NCBI GenBank assembly: GCA_016206925.1
Contig: JACQQS010000037.1
Location: forward strand, 838-64,837
Direction: 5' to 3'
DNA from: Candidatus Omnitrophota bacterium
GTDB taxonomy: Bacteria; Omnitrophota; Omnitrophia; Omnitrophales; JACQQS01
Length of the DNA: 64,000 nt
Shown here: piece by piece, positions 1 to 9,930 of the stretch
Position numbering within the stretch: the stretch's first letter is position 1
How the letters are laid out: each line of letters opens with the position of its first letter
The notes under the pieces: model-generated
Seen by the model: the letters and a program-made list of their open reading frames with translations, nothing else
Told to the model about the DNA's origin: nothing
Databases searched by the model: none
Made by a program: the position numbers and the translations under genes

Positions 1-551
1 TGGCTAATGATTTAAGACCGGGAAATTCCATTATGCATAACGGGACGATTCATGTGATCCTGGAGGCCAGCCACCGTTCGCCAGGCAACAAGCGAGCATT
101 CATCCAGGTTTCCATGAGAAATCTGAAAAGCGGCAAGATCATTCAGGAAAAGTTTTCTTCAACCGAAGCCGTGGATCCCGCGCCGCTTGAGGCGCGGAAG
201 GCACAGTTTCTCTACAGTGACGACGGCGGGTTTCATTTTATGGACCAGACGGATTTTGAAACGCACACGATCGGGCCCGGCATCGTCGGAGAGAAGAAGA
301 ATTTTTTGAAGGAGAACTGCGAAGTGCGGGTATTTTATCACGAAAATATCCCCGTCGATTTGGAGCTGCCGCCGAAAATGGCTCTCGAAGTAACAGAGGC
401 GCCCGACTGGGTCCGGGGCGATTCCGTTTCCAATAATGTGAAGCCCGTGGTGCTTGAAACCGGTTTTAAAATAAACGTCCCCATTTTTATTAAACAGGGT
501 ACCAAGATCGTTGTCGATACGCGGTCGGGAGAATACATCAGCCGTGAATAA
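1..551 (+). CDS. efp: Elongation factor P (5' end at window edge)
   Basis: Frame of ORF 33..551 stays open back to nt 3 (ANDLRPGNSIMHNGTIH...), an EF-P-like N-terminus. Length and segments such as FLYSDDGGFHFMDQTDFE and KPVVLETGFKINVPIF fit EF-P. Confidence 0.9.
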   Translation, partial: ANDLRPGNSIMHNGTIHVILEASHRSPGNKRAFIQVSMRNLKSGKIIQEKFSSTEAVDPAPLEARKAQFLYSDDGGFHFMDQTDFETHTIGPGIVGEKKNFLKENCEVRVFYHENIPVDLELPPKMALEVTEAPDWVRGDSVSNNVKPVVLETGFKINVPIFIKQGTKIVVDTRSGEYISRE

Positions 552-939
552 GAAACTTTTCTTTGTCGTAATTTTGTCTCTGTGCGCTGCGGCAAGCAGC
601 TGCGCCCGGTCGCTCAGCATGGATCCGCTCCATTTCTGGGGCAACGCCGGCGTGAAAGAGGACAAGGTGCGGCGTGAAGCGTACGCGGCCACGCATGCTG
701 AGTTGACGCAGGAGCAAAAGACAAAAATTCTTGCGGGAGAAATCTGGAAAGGAATGAGCAAGGACGAAGCCATCGCGTCCCGGGGCCTTCCCCACGATAT
801 TTGGAGAAATTTTACGGATAATAAAGAACTGGAAAAGTGGATTTACCGCTACGATTACTACTACCCCGAAAACTTCCTCGTTTTTGACCGCCGCTCACTT
901 GTAGATTGGCAGCAAGGCTGGGAGCGCCGGGGAAAATAA
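544..939 (+). CDS. Small lipoprotein, BamE/SmpA-OmlA-like
   Basis: In-frame GTG at 544 overlapping the efp stop gives VNKKLFFVVILSLCAAASSC (signal peptide with lipobox-like Cys). GMSKDEAIASRGLP resembles the BamE/SmpA motif. ORF track start 511 is probably too long. Confidence 0.5.
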   Translation: MNKKLFFVVILSLCAAASSCARSLSMDPLHFWGNAGVKEDKVRREAYAATHAELTQEQKTKILAGEIWKGMSKDEAIASRGLPHDIWRNFTDNKELEKWIYRYDYYYPENFLVFDRRSLVDWQQGWERRGK

Positions 940-940
940 A

Positions 941-1981
941 TTGTCGCGAGTTCAGTCCGCACTTATCGATTGGTACAAAACCTCGCGCCGGCATCTTCCC
1001 TGGAGAAAAAATCCCACCCTATATTCTACGGTCCTGTCCGAGTTCATGCTGCAGCAGACACGGGTGGATCAAGTCATTCCGTATTACCGGCGGTTTATCC
1101 GTGAACTTCCCTCACTCAAGCGCCTGGCCGGTGCGGCGTTTTCCCGGGTTATAAAACTCTGGGAAGGCCTGGGCTATTATCATCGCGCCAAGCATCTCCA
1201 CGAAACTGCAAAGATACTCGCCAAAGCCCGCCGCGTAGATTTGGAAACGCTCCGCTCCTGTCCCGGAATCGGAAGTTACACGCTTGCGGCGGTAAGCAGC
1301 ATTGTCTGGAACGAGCCTCTGGCCGTAGTGGACGGGAACGTAAAGAGAGTGATCGCCCGGTTATTTGCGATTAAAGATGACATAGGCCGTCCGGCTGTGC
1401 AAGACCGGATCCGGGAAATCGCGGCCCAGCTTCTTTACCGGAAAGCGAGCGGTAATTGGAACCAGGCGGTCATGGAGCTTGGCGCGACCGTTTGCGTGCC
1501 GCGGAACCCTGCGTGCGGCTGCTGTCCGCTGCAATCCGGCTGCAAGGCTTTTCGATCCGGCGATCCCGAAAATTATCCGGTGAAATCAAAAAAACCGCCG
1601 CGCCCGCACCGTGAAATGGCGGCTGCTGTAATTCAAAATGATCGGAATGAGTTTCTTATTCTTCGCCGGCCCGACCGCGGGCTTTTGCCAAATTTATGGG
1701 AGTTTCCCAATTTCGAGATCGGCGGGGCCCGAGATCCGGCCCATGAGCTCCGCCGTGCGCTATTCGCGCAAATGAATTTGCGTATTCGTGTCGGCAAAAA
1801 AATTGCCGCCGCGGAACATGCTTACACGCATTTCTCAGTCACGATGCATGCGTTTCACTGCCGTTCTCCCCGCGATGAATTGAAGTTGAACCACAGTCAA
1901 ACTTATCGGTGGGTAAAGCCGGCCGCATTTCAGCGCTATCCGTTTCCCAAAGTCCACAAGATAATCGCGCAAGCTGTTTGA
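941..1981 (+). CDS. mutY: A/G-specific adenine DNA glycosylase
   Basis: LIDWYKTSRRHLPWRKNPTLYSTVLSEFMLQQTRV HhH-GPD N-terminus, 4Fe-4S motif CVPRNPACGCCPLQSGC, C-terminal NUDIX-like domain. Confidence 0.9.
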   Translation: MSRVQSALIDWYKTSRRHLPWRKNPTLYSTVLSEFMLQQTRVDQVIPYYRRFIRELPSLKRLAGAAFSRVIKLWEGLGYYHRAKHLHETAKILAKARRVDLETLRSCPGIGSYTLAAVSSIVWNEPLAVVDGNVKRVIARLFAIKDDIGRPAVQDRIREIAAQLLYRKASGNWNQAVMELGATVCVPRNPACGCCPLQSGCKAFRSGDPENYPVKSKKPPRPHREMAAAVIQNDRNEFLILRRPDRGLLPNLWEFPNFEIGGARDPAHELRRALFAQMNLRIRVGKKIAAAEHAYTHFSVTMHAFHCRSPRDELKLNHSQTYRWVKPAAFQRYPFPKVHKIIAQAV

Positions 1982-2051
1982 AGCCCGGTATCCACGCCTT
2001 TAGCGTTATCCTAAGCTAAGTCTCTTGAGCTACTTACATCCCTATCGTTTC

Positions 2052-2080
2052 TTGACAGTATTTGGGTATGCTTATACACT
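2052..2080 (+). promoter_or_regulatory. Putative sigma70-type promoter TTGACA-17-TACACT
   Basis: TTGACA at 2052..2057, 17-nt spacer, TACACT at 2075..2080, in the 183-nt gap upstream of the M48 peptidase gene. Confidence 0.3.
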
Positions 2081-2164
2081 ACAGTATCTCTGCTACTATT
2101 TCGATAAGAAGTAGAAATTCTTGTTTTCTGTTTTTCACGTGTCGGAGCAAAATCGGGTAAAACC

Positions 2165-3259
2165 ATGGACAGGGGAAAGGCTTACCAGAAAAAGAAGCAC
2201 ATAGCTTCGCTTTTTTCTCTCGCAGTAACCATCGTCAGCCTGGCCGTTTTCATTCTCACGCCGCTTTCTATCTGTCTTCGGGCGTTCTCCCAAAATCATT
2301 TTGAAAATCCCTGGATAGGGGTCGCCGTTTATTTCTCCCTGTTTTCGGTCATTTTATTTTTCATCGATCTTCCGCTAACGTACTACTCGGGATTTCATAT
2401 CGAGCACGAGTATGCGCTTTCGAATTTAACGATACGGGGCTGGGTCCGCGAGACGGCCAAGCGCCAGATGATCGGTTTCGCGTTTGCCGTGATTTTGGTG
2501 GAAATGTTGTACGCCATTATCCGCCGCTGGCCGGACGGCTGGTGGATCATCGCGTGGCTGGCCTGGGCTTTGGTTTCCGTGGCGATGAGCAGGCTTTGGC
2601 CCGTATTCATTGCGCCTATTTTTAACAAATACGAGCGGCTGTCCAATGAAGAGCTCAGACGATGCATCCTGGATTTGGTCAATCAAGTGAATCTCAAGAT
2701 CGAAAATGTTTATTCCATGAATCTCAGCAAGACCACGAACAAGGCCAACGCGTTTTTTCAAGGCCTCGGCTCGACCAGGCGCGTTGTGCTGAGTGACACG
2801 CTCCTACGCAGTTTTACGCCCGAAGAGATTACGGTGGTGGTGGCCCACGAAGCCGGGCATTGCAAACACCGGCACATCGTGAAGGAAATCATTTTCGGGT
2901 TTGCTGCGTCGTTTCTGATTTTCTGGCTGGCTTACCGGTGTCTGGCGGCTTTTGCCGGACCGCTCGGTATTGAATCTGCCGCGGACGTAGCCGGGTTTCC
3001 TTTGCTTTGCCTTGTAGCGGTTATCTTCGGGCTGATCTCCATGCCTTTGGGCAACTTTTACTCGAGGATGCTTGAAAGGGAAGCCGATGAGTTCGCGCTA
3101 AAAAGCACAAAGATGAAGACGGCATTTATTTCCGCCATGAAAAAGCTTTCGCTTTTAAATCTTGCCGATCCGGAACCGCATCCGTTGATCGAATTTTTAC
3201 TTTACTCGCACCCGTCGATCCGGAACCGCATCAAACATGCGGAGGCATTTGCCCGATGA
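2165..3259 (+). CDS. M48 family (Ste24/HtpX-like) membrane zinc metallopeptidase
   Basis: Multiple N-terminal TM helices, HExxH motif VAHEAGHCKH, downstream EREADEFA glutamate motif typical of M48. Confidence 0.8.
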   Translation: MDRGKAYQKKKHIASLFSLAVTIVSLAVFILTPLSICLRAFSQNHFENPWIGVAVYFSLFSVILFFIDLPLTYYSGFHIEHEYALSNLTIRGWVRETAKRQMIGFAFAVILVEMLYAIIRRWPDGWWIIAWLAWALVSVAMSRLWPVFIAPIFNKYERLSNEELRRCILDLVNQVNLKIENVYSMNLSKTTNKANAFFQGLGSTRRVVLSDTLLRSFTPEEITVVVAHEAGHCKHRHIVKEIIFGFAASFLIFWLAYRCLAAFAGPLGIESAADVAGFPLLCLVAVIFGLISMPLGNFYSRMLEREADEFALKSTKMKTAFISAMKKLSLLNLADPEPHPLIEFLLYSHPSIRNRIKHAEAFAR

Positions 3260-4632
3260 AACCCCTTTTCCGGCGGGCGATATTTTTCCTGGGGATCTGG
3301 CTTACGATCGCTTTTTTGACCGCGTTGGCTTTAATGCCCGAAAACCCGGTCAACGCCAATCAACCCACCGCCGCGGAATTTGAGGCAGAGGTCAGGAAAT
3401 TGGAAAGTGCCTACAAATCCAATCCTAAGGACGATCTTTTGCGCGGCCGGCTTTTGATGGCCTACCAGCAGATGAGCGCCCTGCTCGTCAAGGAAAACAA
3501 CCTGAACGATGCCCTACATTACCTGCAGTGGGCGGATGACCTTCAGGCGGGGGATGCCGGCAAGTTCTCCCAATCGGGCGGAGGGTATTTCGCCGTTGGC
3601 GCCGCATTTGTGGAGCAAGGGGATTTAAGACAGGCCCAGGACAATTTTGACCTGGCGCTTCAAAAGAATCCGCAGGATGAAAATCTGCGCAAAGCCATTG
3701 CAACGGTGCTGCACAATGCCGGAGTCGCAAAAATCAACCTCAAACAGCTCCAGGAAAGCGTGCCCTATCTGGAACTTTCCGTGCAATATTACGACAAACT
3801 TCAAAACACATGGGAAACACTCGGCGATCTGGCTTATGCCAAGCAAGATCTCAGGAAAGCCCAGCAGTGTTGGCAGAAAGCCAATGCACTGGGCTCCACG
3901 CTAGACCTGAAAGCAAAGCTGGAAAAGCTCGGGCGCGAAGCGGGCGTGGAACTGGGCCTCGCACAATACGGCGCTTCGCATTTCATTATTCGATACAAGC
4001 GCTCCAACGAAACGTACCAGGGGCAGCAGCTAAAACAGCTTCTGAACAATGCCTATCGTGATATTTCGCGCGATTTGAATTATTACCCCGACATCATGAT
4101 TCCCGTGATTTTGTACGATCAGGCCGAATTTGCCCAGATTGTCAATTCTCCCCACTGGTCAGCGGGTGTTTATGATGGCAAAATACGCCTGCCCGCCTAC
4201 GAGGAAGGCAAGTCGGATGAGCGTGAGTTGACGCGCGTCATTTATCACGAGCTGACACACGCGTTCGTCGTCGATATGGTGGGTAACGCCTGCCCGATCT
4301 GGCTGAATGAAGGCCTGGCACAGCACGAGGAAAACAAGGTTGTTCCGGTTGACATTTCGAACCTGAAAAATTCGCTTGCCAAAGGCCGGTATTACCAATA
4401 CGAAACACTCAAGGCGGGGTTGGAAAATTTGCTGGAAACCGATCAGGTAGCCGTGTTTTACCAGCAGTCCTACGTCATGACCAAGTTTCTCATCGAGCGC
4501 TATCGTGTGCACCGCGTCAAGGAAATGCTGGAAATCATGAAGGCCGGCGAAAGTTTCGAAGCGGCGCTCCGGAAGACTACGGGGCTGTCTATTGAACAGC
4601 TTGAGCAAAAATGGCAAGAAGCACTGCGTTAG
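3256..4632 (+). CDS. Secreted TPR-like protein with MA-clan peptidase-like domain
   Basis: ATGA overlap with upstream gene, N-terminal TM/signal segment, helical-repeat N-half, HELTHAF (HExxH) followed by WLNEGLAQHEE. Confidence 0.6.
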   Translation: MKPLFRRAIFFLGIWLTIAFLTALALMPENPVNANQPTAAEFEAEVRKLESAYKSNPKDDLLRGRLLMAYQQMSALLVKENNLNDALHYLQWADDLQAGDAGKFSQSGGGYFAVGAAFVEQGDLRQAQDNFDLALQKNPQDENLRKAIATVLHNAGVAKINLKQLQESVPYLELSVQYYDKLQNTWETLGDLAYAKQDLRKAQQCWQKANALGSTLDLKAKLEKLGREAGVELGLAQYGASHFIIRYKRSNETYQGQQLKQLLNNAYRDISRDLNYYPDIMIPVILYDQAEFAQIVNSPHWSAGVYDGKIRLPAYEEGKSDERELTRVIYHELTHAFVVDMVGNACPIWLNEGLAQHEENKVVPVDISNLKNSLAKGRYYQYETLKAGLENLLETDQVAVFYQQSYVMTKFLIERYRVHRVKEMLEIMKAGESFEAALRKTTGLSIEQLEQKWQEALR

Positions 4633-5096
4633 ACCATTACCCAAACGGCATCGAAGACCGTTGCCACTTTACGGTCAGCGAATCAAAGCAATGGGCGGAG
4701 CTGCTCGAGGACCTTTCGAGGCGGGAGAAGAGAGCGCCGGAGGAAATTCTACGAGACGTGAAATTTTCCGCCGTATTGCATGATGTCGGTCTTTCGCGAA
4801 AGGAGCGGGGCGCGCGTCTGCTGCTTATCTTGAAAGAGGCCTGTCTGCCCAATCTTTCCCGCTTGGAGGAAATTTGGAAGGCTGGGCTTGAGCGTCTGGG
4901 GCGTCCGCAGGATGTCTGGATTCCTTTACCCAGGGCGCTTGAATCGGTTGAAATCGAAAATGCACTCGAATGTTCTCCCGGAAGGAAAAAGGCGGGCCTG
5001 GCGTGGATCGCGGAAAACAAATCCGCCTTGTCCGCGCTTTGCCGGCAGATCAGCGAGCAAGTTTGCTTTAATAACGGACCAAAACACGTTACATGA
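4611..5096 (+). CDS. Hypothetical protein
   Basis: 161-aa ORF co-directional with neighbours. Its stop overlaps the next start as ATGA (5093..5096). No recognisable motif. Competes with antisense ORF 4637..5233. Confidence 0.4.
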   Translation: MARSTALDHYPNGIEDRCHFTVSESKQWAELLEDLSRREKRAPEEILRDVKFSAVLHDVGLSRKERGARLLLILKEACLPNLSRLEEIWKAGLERLGRPQDVWIPLPRALESVEIENALECSPGRKKAGLAWIAENKSALSALCRQISEQVCFNNGPKHVT

Positions 5097-7048
5097 AAAT
5101 TCGTAAAGTTTTCGCATTCCTTGCAATTTATGTGGGCTTCGTGTTTGTGCTCACGGGCGTTGCGTTTACCGCACTTCCTGAAGTCACCATTACGTTTGAC
5201 CGGCAGACTGTTTCCGTCGGGGAAGAAGTGCACTTGACCATTCGCATCGAGGGTTCACAGGGAGAGTCGGAGCGCCCGCGGCTGCCATCTATTGAAAGCT
5301 TTACCACGTTTTACACGGGCCGGTCCACCCAAACCAAGGATAAGAACGGTCAGACGATTTCGGTTTCGGAATTCCGGTTTGTTTTGGTGCCAAACGCGGT
5401 AGGCAAATTTACATTTCCCGCGGTTGAGGTTGAAGTGGAGGGTCAGGTTTTTCGCACCTCTTCGGTGCAATTTGAGGTCATGGCCAATGAAGGTGCGGCC
5501 GGTACGGCAGCAGGCTCACCGGCCAATTCTTCTATTGGGGTATCTCATTTGAATGGAAGCAGCACCGGCCAGCCCCCCGCGCAGCCGCCCAGTTACTACC
5601 AGATTCCGAAGACGCCGCCCCAGGGTTTTGTGCCTCCGGGAGCGGACCCAAATATTTTCCTCAAGGCCTGGGTTGATAAAACGGTTGCCTATCCCAATGA
5701 GCCCATTGTTTTGACTTATTCACTCTACACCCGGCAGGATACCCAGTACGAAGGATTTTCCGAAGAGCCTGTGATCACCGGATTCTGGATTGAGCAGTTT
5801 GCAACCCCAGAAAAACTGGGCAAAACGGTGGTCCAGATCGGCGGCAAACGGTACGTACGCGCCGACGTACGCAAGATGACGCTTTTTCCCCAGGGCAGCG
5901 GTGAATACAGCATCCAGCCCGGCTCGGTGAAGGTAAGCGTGGAGGAACAGTCGCACTATGAAAGTTTTCTGGATGAGTTTTTTGACGACAGCTTTTTCTC
6001 GCGGCGGATTTACGCCAAGAAAATCCCGAAGATTCTCGCTACGTATCCCATTTCGATCACCGTGAAACCGTTTCCGGATCAGGGGAAGCCTGAGAATTTC
6101 TCTGGAGCAACGGGCCGGTTTACGTTTACGGGGACAATCGACAGGCGCGCGGTAAAGCAGAATGAACCGGTCACGCTTACCTTGACCATCGAAGGCGAGG
6201 GCAATATCGAAACGATGGAAAAGCCCCGCGTTCCGGAGCTAAAGAATTTTCAAACATACGAATCGGATGTTTCGACGCAGATGCTCGATCGCAAAGATTC
6301 CGTCATGGGGCGGAAAACTTTTCAGACGGTATTCATTCCCGAACTGCCGGGCAATTTTGAACTGCCGTCCGTTGAATTCTCTTTCTTCGATCCCCAGAGC
6401 GAGAAATACACGACGCTTCGCACAGAGGCGTTTCAAATCCGCGTAACGCCCGGAGAAGCCGGGCCGGTTCCAAAACTGAAATCCCGGGAAGAACAGGAGC
6501 AAAAGAAAGGCGTTGAGCTCGAAGCCCGCGATATTTTCTTTATCAAGGACCGTTTGGAAAAATCGTTGTTTGAACGGCTTTATCCCCGCATGCTGCTTAT
6601 CCTGATGGGCGACGGCGCAGCTACCATTCTAGCCCTGATTCTGCTCCTTCTGGTCAAACGGCGTGAGGCATTGGATACCAACGTTGCTTTGAAGCGGAGG
6701 ATTGAGGCTCCACGCGCGGTACGGCGCGGTTTGCGCAAAATGGGCAAGGTCATGAAAGATTCGTCCCGGGAAGGGCAGCAACAATTCTGCGAGATTGCCC
6801 AGAAAACGCTGATGAAATATCTTTCAGACCAAATGAATGTGTCTGCCCACAGCCTGACGGTTCCGATGGTTGAGGATGCGCTTAAGGAGCGCGGCGAACC
6901 GGAAGAAACCATCGAGCGCCTTAAATCCTTTCATGATATCTGCAATCAGGTGCGCTTCACGAATGTTGACATTAACGATGAAAAGAAAGAAGAGCTTTTT
7001 GATACGGTCCAAATCATCTCCAAATCGATAGCAAGGCATAAAAAATGA
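5093..7048 (+). CDS. BatD-like (oxygen tolerance family) protein
   Basis: Signal peptide, repeated beta-rich segments of the BatD type (VGEEVHLTIRIEG..., GKFTFPAVEVEVEGQVFRTSSVQFEV), C-proximal TM LLILMGDGAATILALILLLLV and a cytoplasmic tail. Confidence 0.7.
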   Translation: MKIRKVFAFLAIYVGFVFVLTGVAFTALPEVTITFDRQTVSVGEEVHLTIRIEGSQGESERPRLPSIESFTTFYTGRSTQTKDKNGQTISVSEFRFVLVPNAVGKFTFPAVEVEVEGQVFRTSSVQFEVMANEGAAGTAAGSPANSSIGVSHLNGSSTGQPPAQPPSYYQIPKTPPQGFVPPGADPNIFLKAWVDKTVAYPNEPIVLTYSLYTRQDTQYEGFSEEPVITGFWIEQFATPEKLGKTVVQIGGKRYVRADVRKMTLFPQGSGEYSIQPGSVKVSVEEQSHYESFLDEFFDDSFFSRRIYAKKIPKILATYPISITVKPFPDQGKPENFSGATGRFTFTGTIDRRAVKQNEPVTLTLTIEGEGNIETMEKPRVPELKNFQTYESDVSTQMLDRKDSVMGRKTFQTVFIPELPGNFELPSVEFSFFDPQSEKYTTLRTEAFQIRVTPGEAGPVPKLKSREEQEQKKGVELEARDIFFIKDRLEKSLFERLYPRMLLILMGDGAATILALILLLLVKRREALDTNVALKRRIEAPRAVRRGLRKMGKVMKDSSREGQQQFCEIAQKTLMKYLSDQMNVSAHSLTVPMVEDALKERGEPEETIERLKSFHDICNQVRFTNVDINDEKKEELFDTVQIISKSIARHKK

Positions 7049-7062
7049 CTAAACGATGCAAC

Positions 7063-7175
7063 GTCATTGCGAGCGACATCAAGAACGCAGCCGGGGCATC
7101 TTGCCCCGGATTAGCTCTGCGGGGCGAGACGCCCCGCCTACGTGATCGTCGCACCTTCGGCTGCCTCGCAATGAC
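7063..7175. mobile_element. MITE-like palindromic element, subfamily A (copy A1, 113 bp)
   Basis: Termini GTCATTGCGAG (7063) and CTCGCAATGAC (7165..7175). Internal twin hairpins CCGGGGCA-TCT-TGCCCCGG and GCGGGGCG-AGA-CGCCCCGC. Near-identical to copy at 33468. Confidence 0.8.
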
Positions 7176-7929
7176 AACGAATATTTTGTTTGTATTGTTT
7201 TTCTTCGCACTTCTTTGTGATCCGTTGGCGGCGGAGACTATTGATCTCTTTAGCACCGCGCAGGCGGAGTACAAGGGAGGCCGTTATCAGGAGGCCATTA
7301 ATTTATACGAGCAGATGCTGAAAAGCGGTCAGTTGTACGCGGTCGTTTATTACAACCTGGGCAATGCGTACGCGAGGGTGGGCGATCTCGGAAAAGCTGT
7401 TTTGAATTTTGAAAGGGCGCGGCGTCTCAATCCAAGGGACCCGGAAATTCTGAACAATCTCGGGTACGTGAACGGCCTGCTTGAGCAGCAAATCGCAGAC
7501 ACCCGGCCCGCTGTTTTGATCGGCCTTAACCGGATTCTGGACTTTACGAGCGCGATGGAAACGGAGCTGCTCAGCCTGCTTTCCTACACATTGTGGATAC
7601 TTGCCTATATTTTGCATCTTCTTTTGAAGCGGCCGCGCTGGATGAAACGGATTTCGTCCGTTACCTTTTTCGTTTTCTTACTTTCCACTTCTGCGGCTGT
7701 GTTGAAGCATTTCGTTCTCCGGGAGGAAAACGCGGTCGTCGTGGAAAAAACCGCGGAAGTTAAATACGGACCTTCGGAGCATGACAAGACAGCTTTCAAA
7801 CTTACGGCAGGTTTGCCCGTATTTGTCCGGGAGAAAAGAGATTTCTGGTCCCGAATCGAGCTCCGAGACGGAACCGGCGGCTGGATTTCAAATGAAGCGA
7901 TAGAGCCGGTGTATCAAAAAGCACCTTAG
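7171..7929 (+). CDS. BatE-like TPR plus SH3b protein
   Basis: Start at the ATG inside the MITE right terminus gives MTTNILFVLFFFALLCDPLAAE signal peptide. TPR repeats (YYNLGNAYARVGDLGKAVLNFERARRLNP), TM helices, C-terminal SH3b-like WSRIELRDGTGGWISNEAI. ORF track start 7045 reads through the MITE. Confidence 0.65.
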   Translation: MTTNILFVLFFFALLCDPLAAETIDLFSTAQAEYKGGRYQEAINLYEQMLKSGQLYAVVYYNLGNAYARVGDLGKAVLNFERARRLNPRDPEILNNLGYVNGLLEQQIADTRPAVLIGLNRILDFTSAMETELLSLLSYTLWILAYILHLLLKRPRWMKRISSVTFFVFLLSTSAAVLKHFVLREENAVVVEKTAEVKYGPSEHDKTAFKLTAGLPVFVREKRDFWSRIELRDGTGGWISNEAIEPVYQKAP

Positions 7930-7964
7930 AATACTTAAGGTACCACTTTCAGGGAGAATAGGTT

Positions 7965-9269
7965 ATGAGCGGATATAAAAAAATTGGCGAAGCGGAATTA
8001 AAAATCGAGAATAAGGTTATCAAGCTGCCACTCTTCGAAGGCGCGGAAAAAGAGCATGCCATTGACATCGGCAATCTCCGGTCTGAAACCGGCAGCATTA
8101 CGATGGATCCGGGTTACGGAAACACCGGTTCCTGCTTTAGCTCAATCACGTACATCGACGGAGAGAAGGGAATCCTCAAGCACCGCGGCATTCCGATCGA
8201 AGAACTTGCCGAGAAATCCTCATTTCTTGAAGTTTCGTACCTGCTCATTTACGGGCATCTGCCGGGCAAGAAAGAGCTGAATGATTTCACGACAAGCGTT
8301 ACGCGGCATTCGATGATACACGAGGATATGAAACGGTTTTTCAACAATTATCCAGCCACAGCGCATCCCATGTCCATCATTTCCTCCATGATCTGCTCGC
8401 TGTCGAGTTACTATCCGGACTGCTTCAACTCGGATCCCGCATCCGTGGACCTGAATATTGCCCGCCTTATTGCCAAGGTGAATACAATCGCGGCATTTTC
8501 CTACAAGAAATCAATCGGCCAGCCGTTCATCGGTCCCATCAACCGCCTGAGCTACGTTGAAAATTTTCTGCACATGATGTTTGCCGTTCCTGCCGAACCG
8601 TACACGGTGGAGCCGGTTTTCGCAAAAGCGCTCGAGCTTTTTCTCATCCTGCATGCCGATCACGAGCAGAATTGCAGTACTTCCACCGTCCGGATGGTGG
8701 GTTCCAGCCTGGCCAATCTGTACGCGTCCATCTCCGCGGGGATTTGCGCGCTTTGGGGGCCCCTCCACGGCGGTGCGAACCAGGCCGTTATCGAGATGCT
8801 AACCCGGATTGAGAAGGAACGCATGGACGTGAAGGACTTTGTCCAGCAGGTAAAAGACAACAAGAAATCCGGGATCCGTCTAATGGGTTTCGGCCACCGC
8901 GTTTACAAAAGTTTTGATCCCCGCGCCAAAATTTTGAAGAAAGCCTGCGATGATGTTTTGAAAAAAATCGGCAAGCACACGGCTCTTCTGGATATTGCAA
9001 AGCGTCTTGAGGAAACGGCGCTGAAAGATTCCTATTTCATCGAGCGGAAACTTTATCCGAACGTCGACTTCTACAGCGGCATTCTCCTCCAGGCCATCGG
9101 TATTCCGGTCAATATGTTCACCGTTATGTTTGCCATCGGCCGGATGCCGGGCTGGATCGCGCAGTGGAAAGAAATGCTTGAATCGCCGGATTTAAAGATC
9201 GGCCGCCCGCGCCAGATTTATACCGGTCCGGTCACGCAGCCTTACGTACCCATCGATCAGCGGATTTAG
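7965..9269 (+). CDS. gltA: Citrate synthase
   Basis: ITYIDGEKGILKHRGIPIEELAE, LILHADHEQNCSTSTVR, GPLHGGANQAV, MGFGHRVYKSFDPRA are canonical citrate synthase motifs. Confidence 0.95.
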   Translation: MSGYKKIGEAELKIENKVIKLPLFEGAEKEHAIDIGNLRSETGSITMDPGYGNTGSCFSSITYIDGEKGILKHRGIPIEELAEKSSFLEVSYLLIYGHLPGKKELNDFTTSVTRHSMIHEDMKRFFNNYPATAHPMSIISSMICSLSSYYPDCFNSDPASVDLNIARLIAKVNTIAAFSYKKSIGQPFIGPINRLSYVENFLHMMFAVPAEPYTVEPVFAKALELFLILHADHEQNCSTSTVRMVGSSLANLYASISAGICALWGPLHGGANQAVIEMLTRIEKERMDVKDFVQQVKDNKKSGIRLMGFGHRVYKSFDPRAKILKKACDDVLKKIGKHTALLDIAKRLEETALKDSYFIERKLYPNVDFYSGILLQAIGIPVNMFTVMFAIGRMPGWIAQWKEMLESPDLKIGRPRQIYTGPVTQPYVPIDQRI

Positions 9270-9330
9270 TGCCCTGGTGACTGTCCCTTTGCGAAAGAGT
9301 GTCACCCCGTGCACACCCTGTACACGGTGA

Positions 9331-9930
9331 GTGATTATGCCCATCGGAGATGCGCGGTTTAAAAAAGCCATCGAGCTCATCGATCGCGAGAACGCCCGCG
9401 ATCCAAATTTGGAGCACGCAGACGGAAAGCCCGAACCTAAAGAGCTTCTTTACTCCAAGCGCCTTACTGAAATTGTAAAAGAGATTTGCGCTGCGCCGTC
9501 GGAGGATCTGCTCGTCGCCATCCGCGGCCAGCATATTTGCCGCTGGATGATTCCGCGAAGCGATTTCTCGATGGACCGCAAAGGCTATCTGGCTTGGCGC
9601 GAAAAATTGAAAAAATTCCACGCTGAAAAAGTGGGCGGGATTCTCAAAGAGGCCGGATACGGGCCGGAATTCATCGAGCGCGTCGCTGCGCTAATTACAA
9701 AGCGCAATTACCCCCAAGATGAAGAATCGCGCGCCTTGGAAGATGCGGTCACGCTTTACTTCCTGAAATACCAGTTTGCCGGTTTCTTGAAAGAGCAGGG
9801 GAATGAGAAAACCGTTGCAATCGTCAAGAAGGTTTGGCGGAAACTAACTCCCGAGGGGCAAAAGCGCGCGTTGTCCCTGCCGCTCGGCAGCGATGAACGC
9901 GAGCTGATCAAGAAGGCAATTCATGAATAG
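9331..9930 (+). CDS. DUF4202 family protein
   Basis: RGQHICRWMIPRSDFSMDRKGYLAWREKLKKFHAEKVGGILKEAGY matches my recollection of the DUF4202 core. Confidence 0.7.
   Translation: MIMPIGDARFKKAIELIDRENARDPNLEHADGKPEPKELLYSKRLTEIVKEICAAPSEDLLVAIRGQHICRWMIPRSDFSMDRKGYLAWREKLKKFHAEKVGGILKEAGYGPEFIERVAALITKRNYPQDEESRALEDAVTLYFLKYQFAGFLKEQGNEKTVAIVKKVWRKLTPEGQKRALSLPLGSDERELIKKAIHE

Noticed and set aside
4637-5233. 198-aa minus-strand ORF as an alternative to plus ORF 4611..5096
   Set aside because: It overlaps the BatD start, runs against the uniform gene direction, and is Ser/Arg-rich and low-complexity. The plus ORF is translationally coupled (ATGA) to batD. Neither has a recognisable family, so the plus call is kept at low confidence.
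7045-7170. N-terminal extensions of ORFs reading through repeat elements (also 15448..15528, 32595..32666, 55976..56077, 61770..61829, 57665..57787)
   Set aside because: The extended parts translate MITE or hairpin sequence or overlap the previous gene. Internal starts give canonical N-termini, signal peptides or good RBSs.
9275-9330. Hairpins after gltA (GGTGAC...GTCACC and CCGTG...CACGG) as a terminator
   Set aside because: The stems are short or imperfect and no T-run follows. This is not enough to call a rho-independent terminator.
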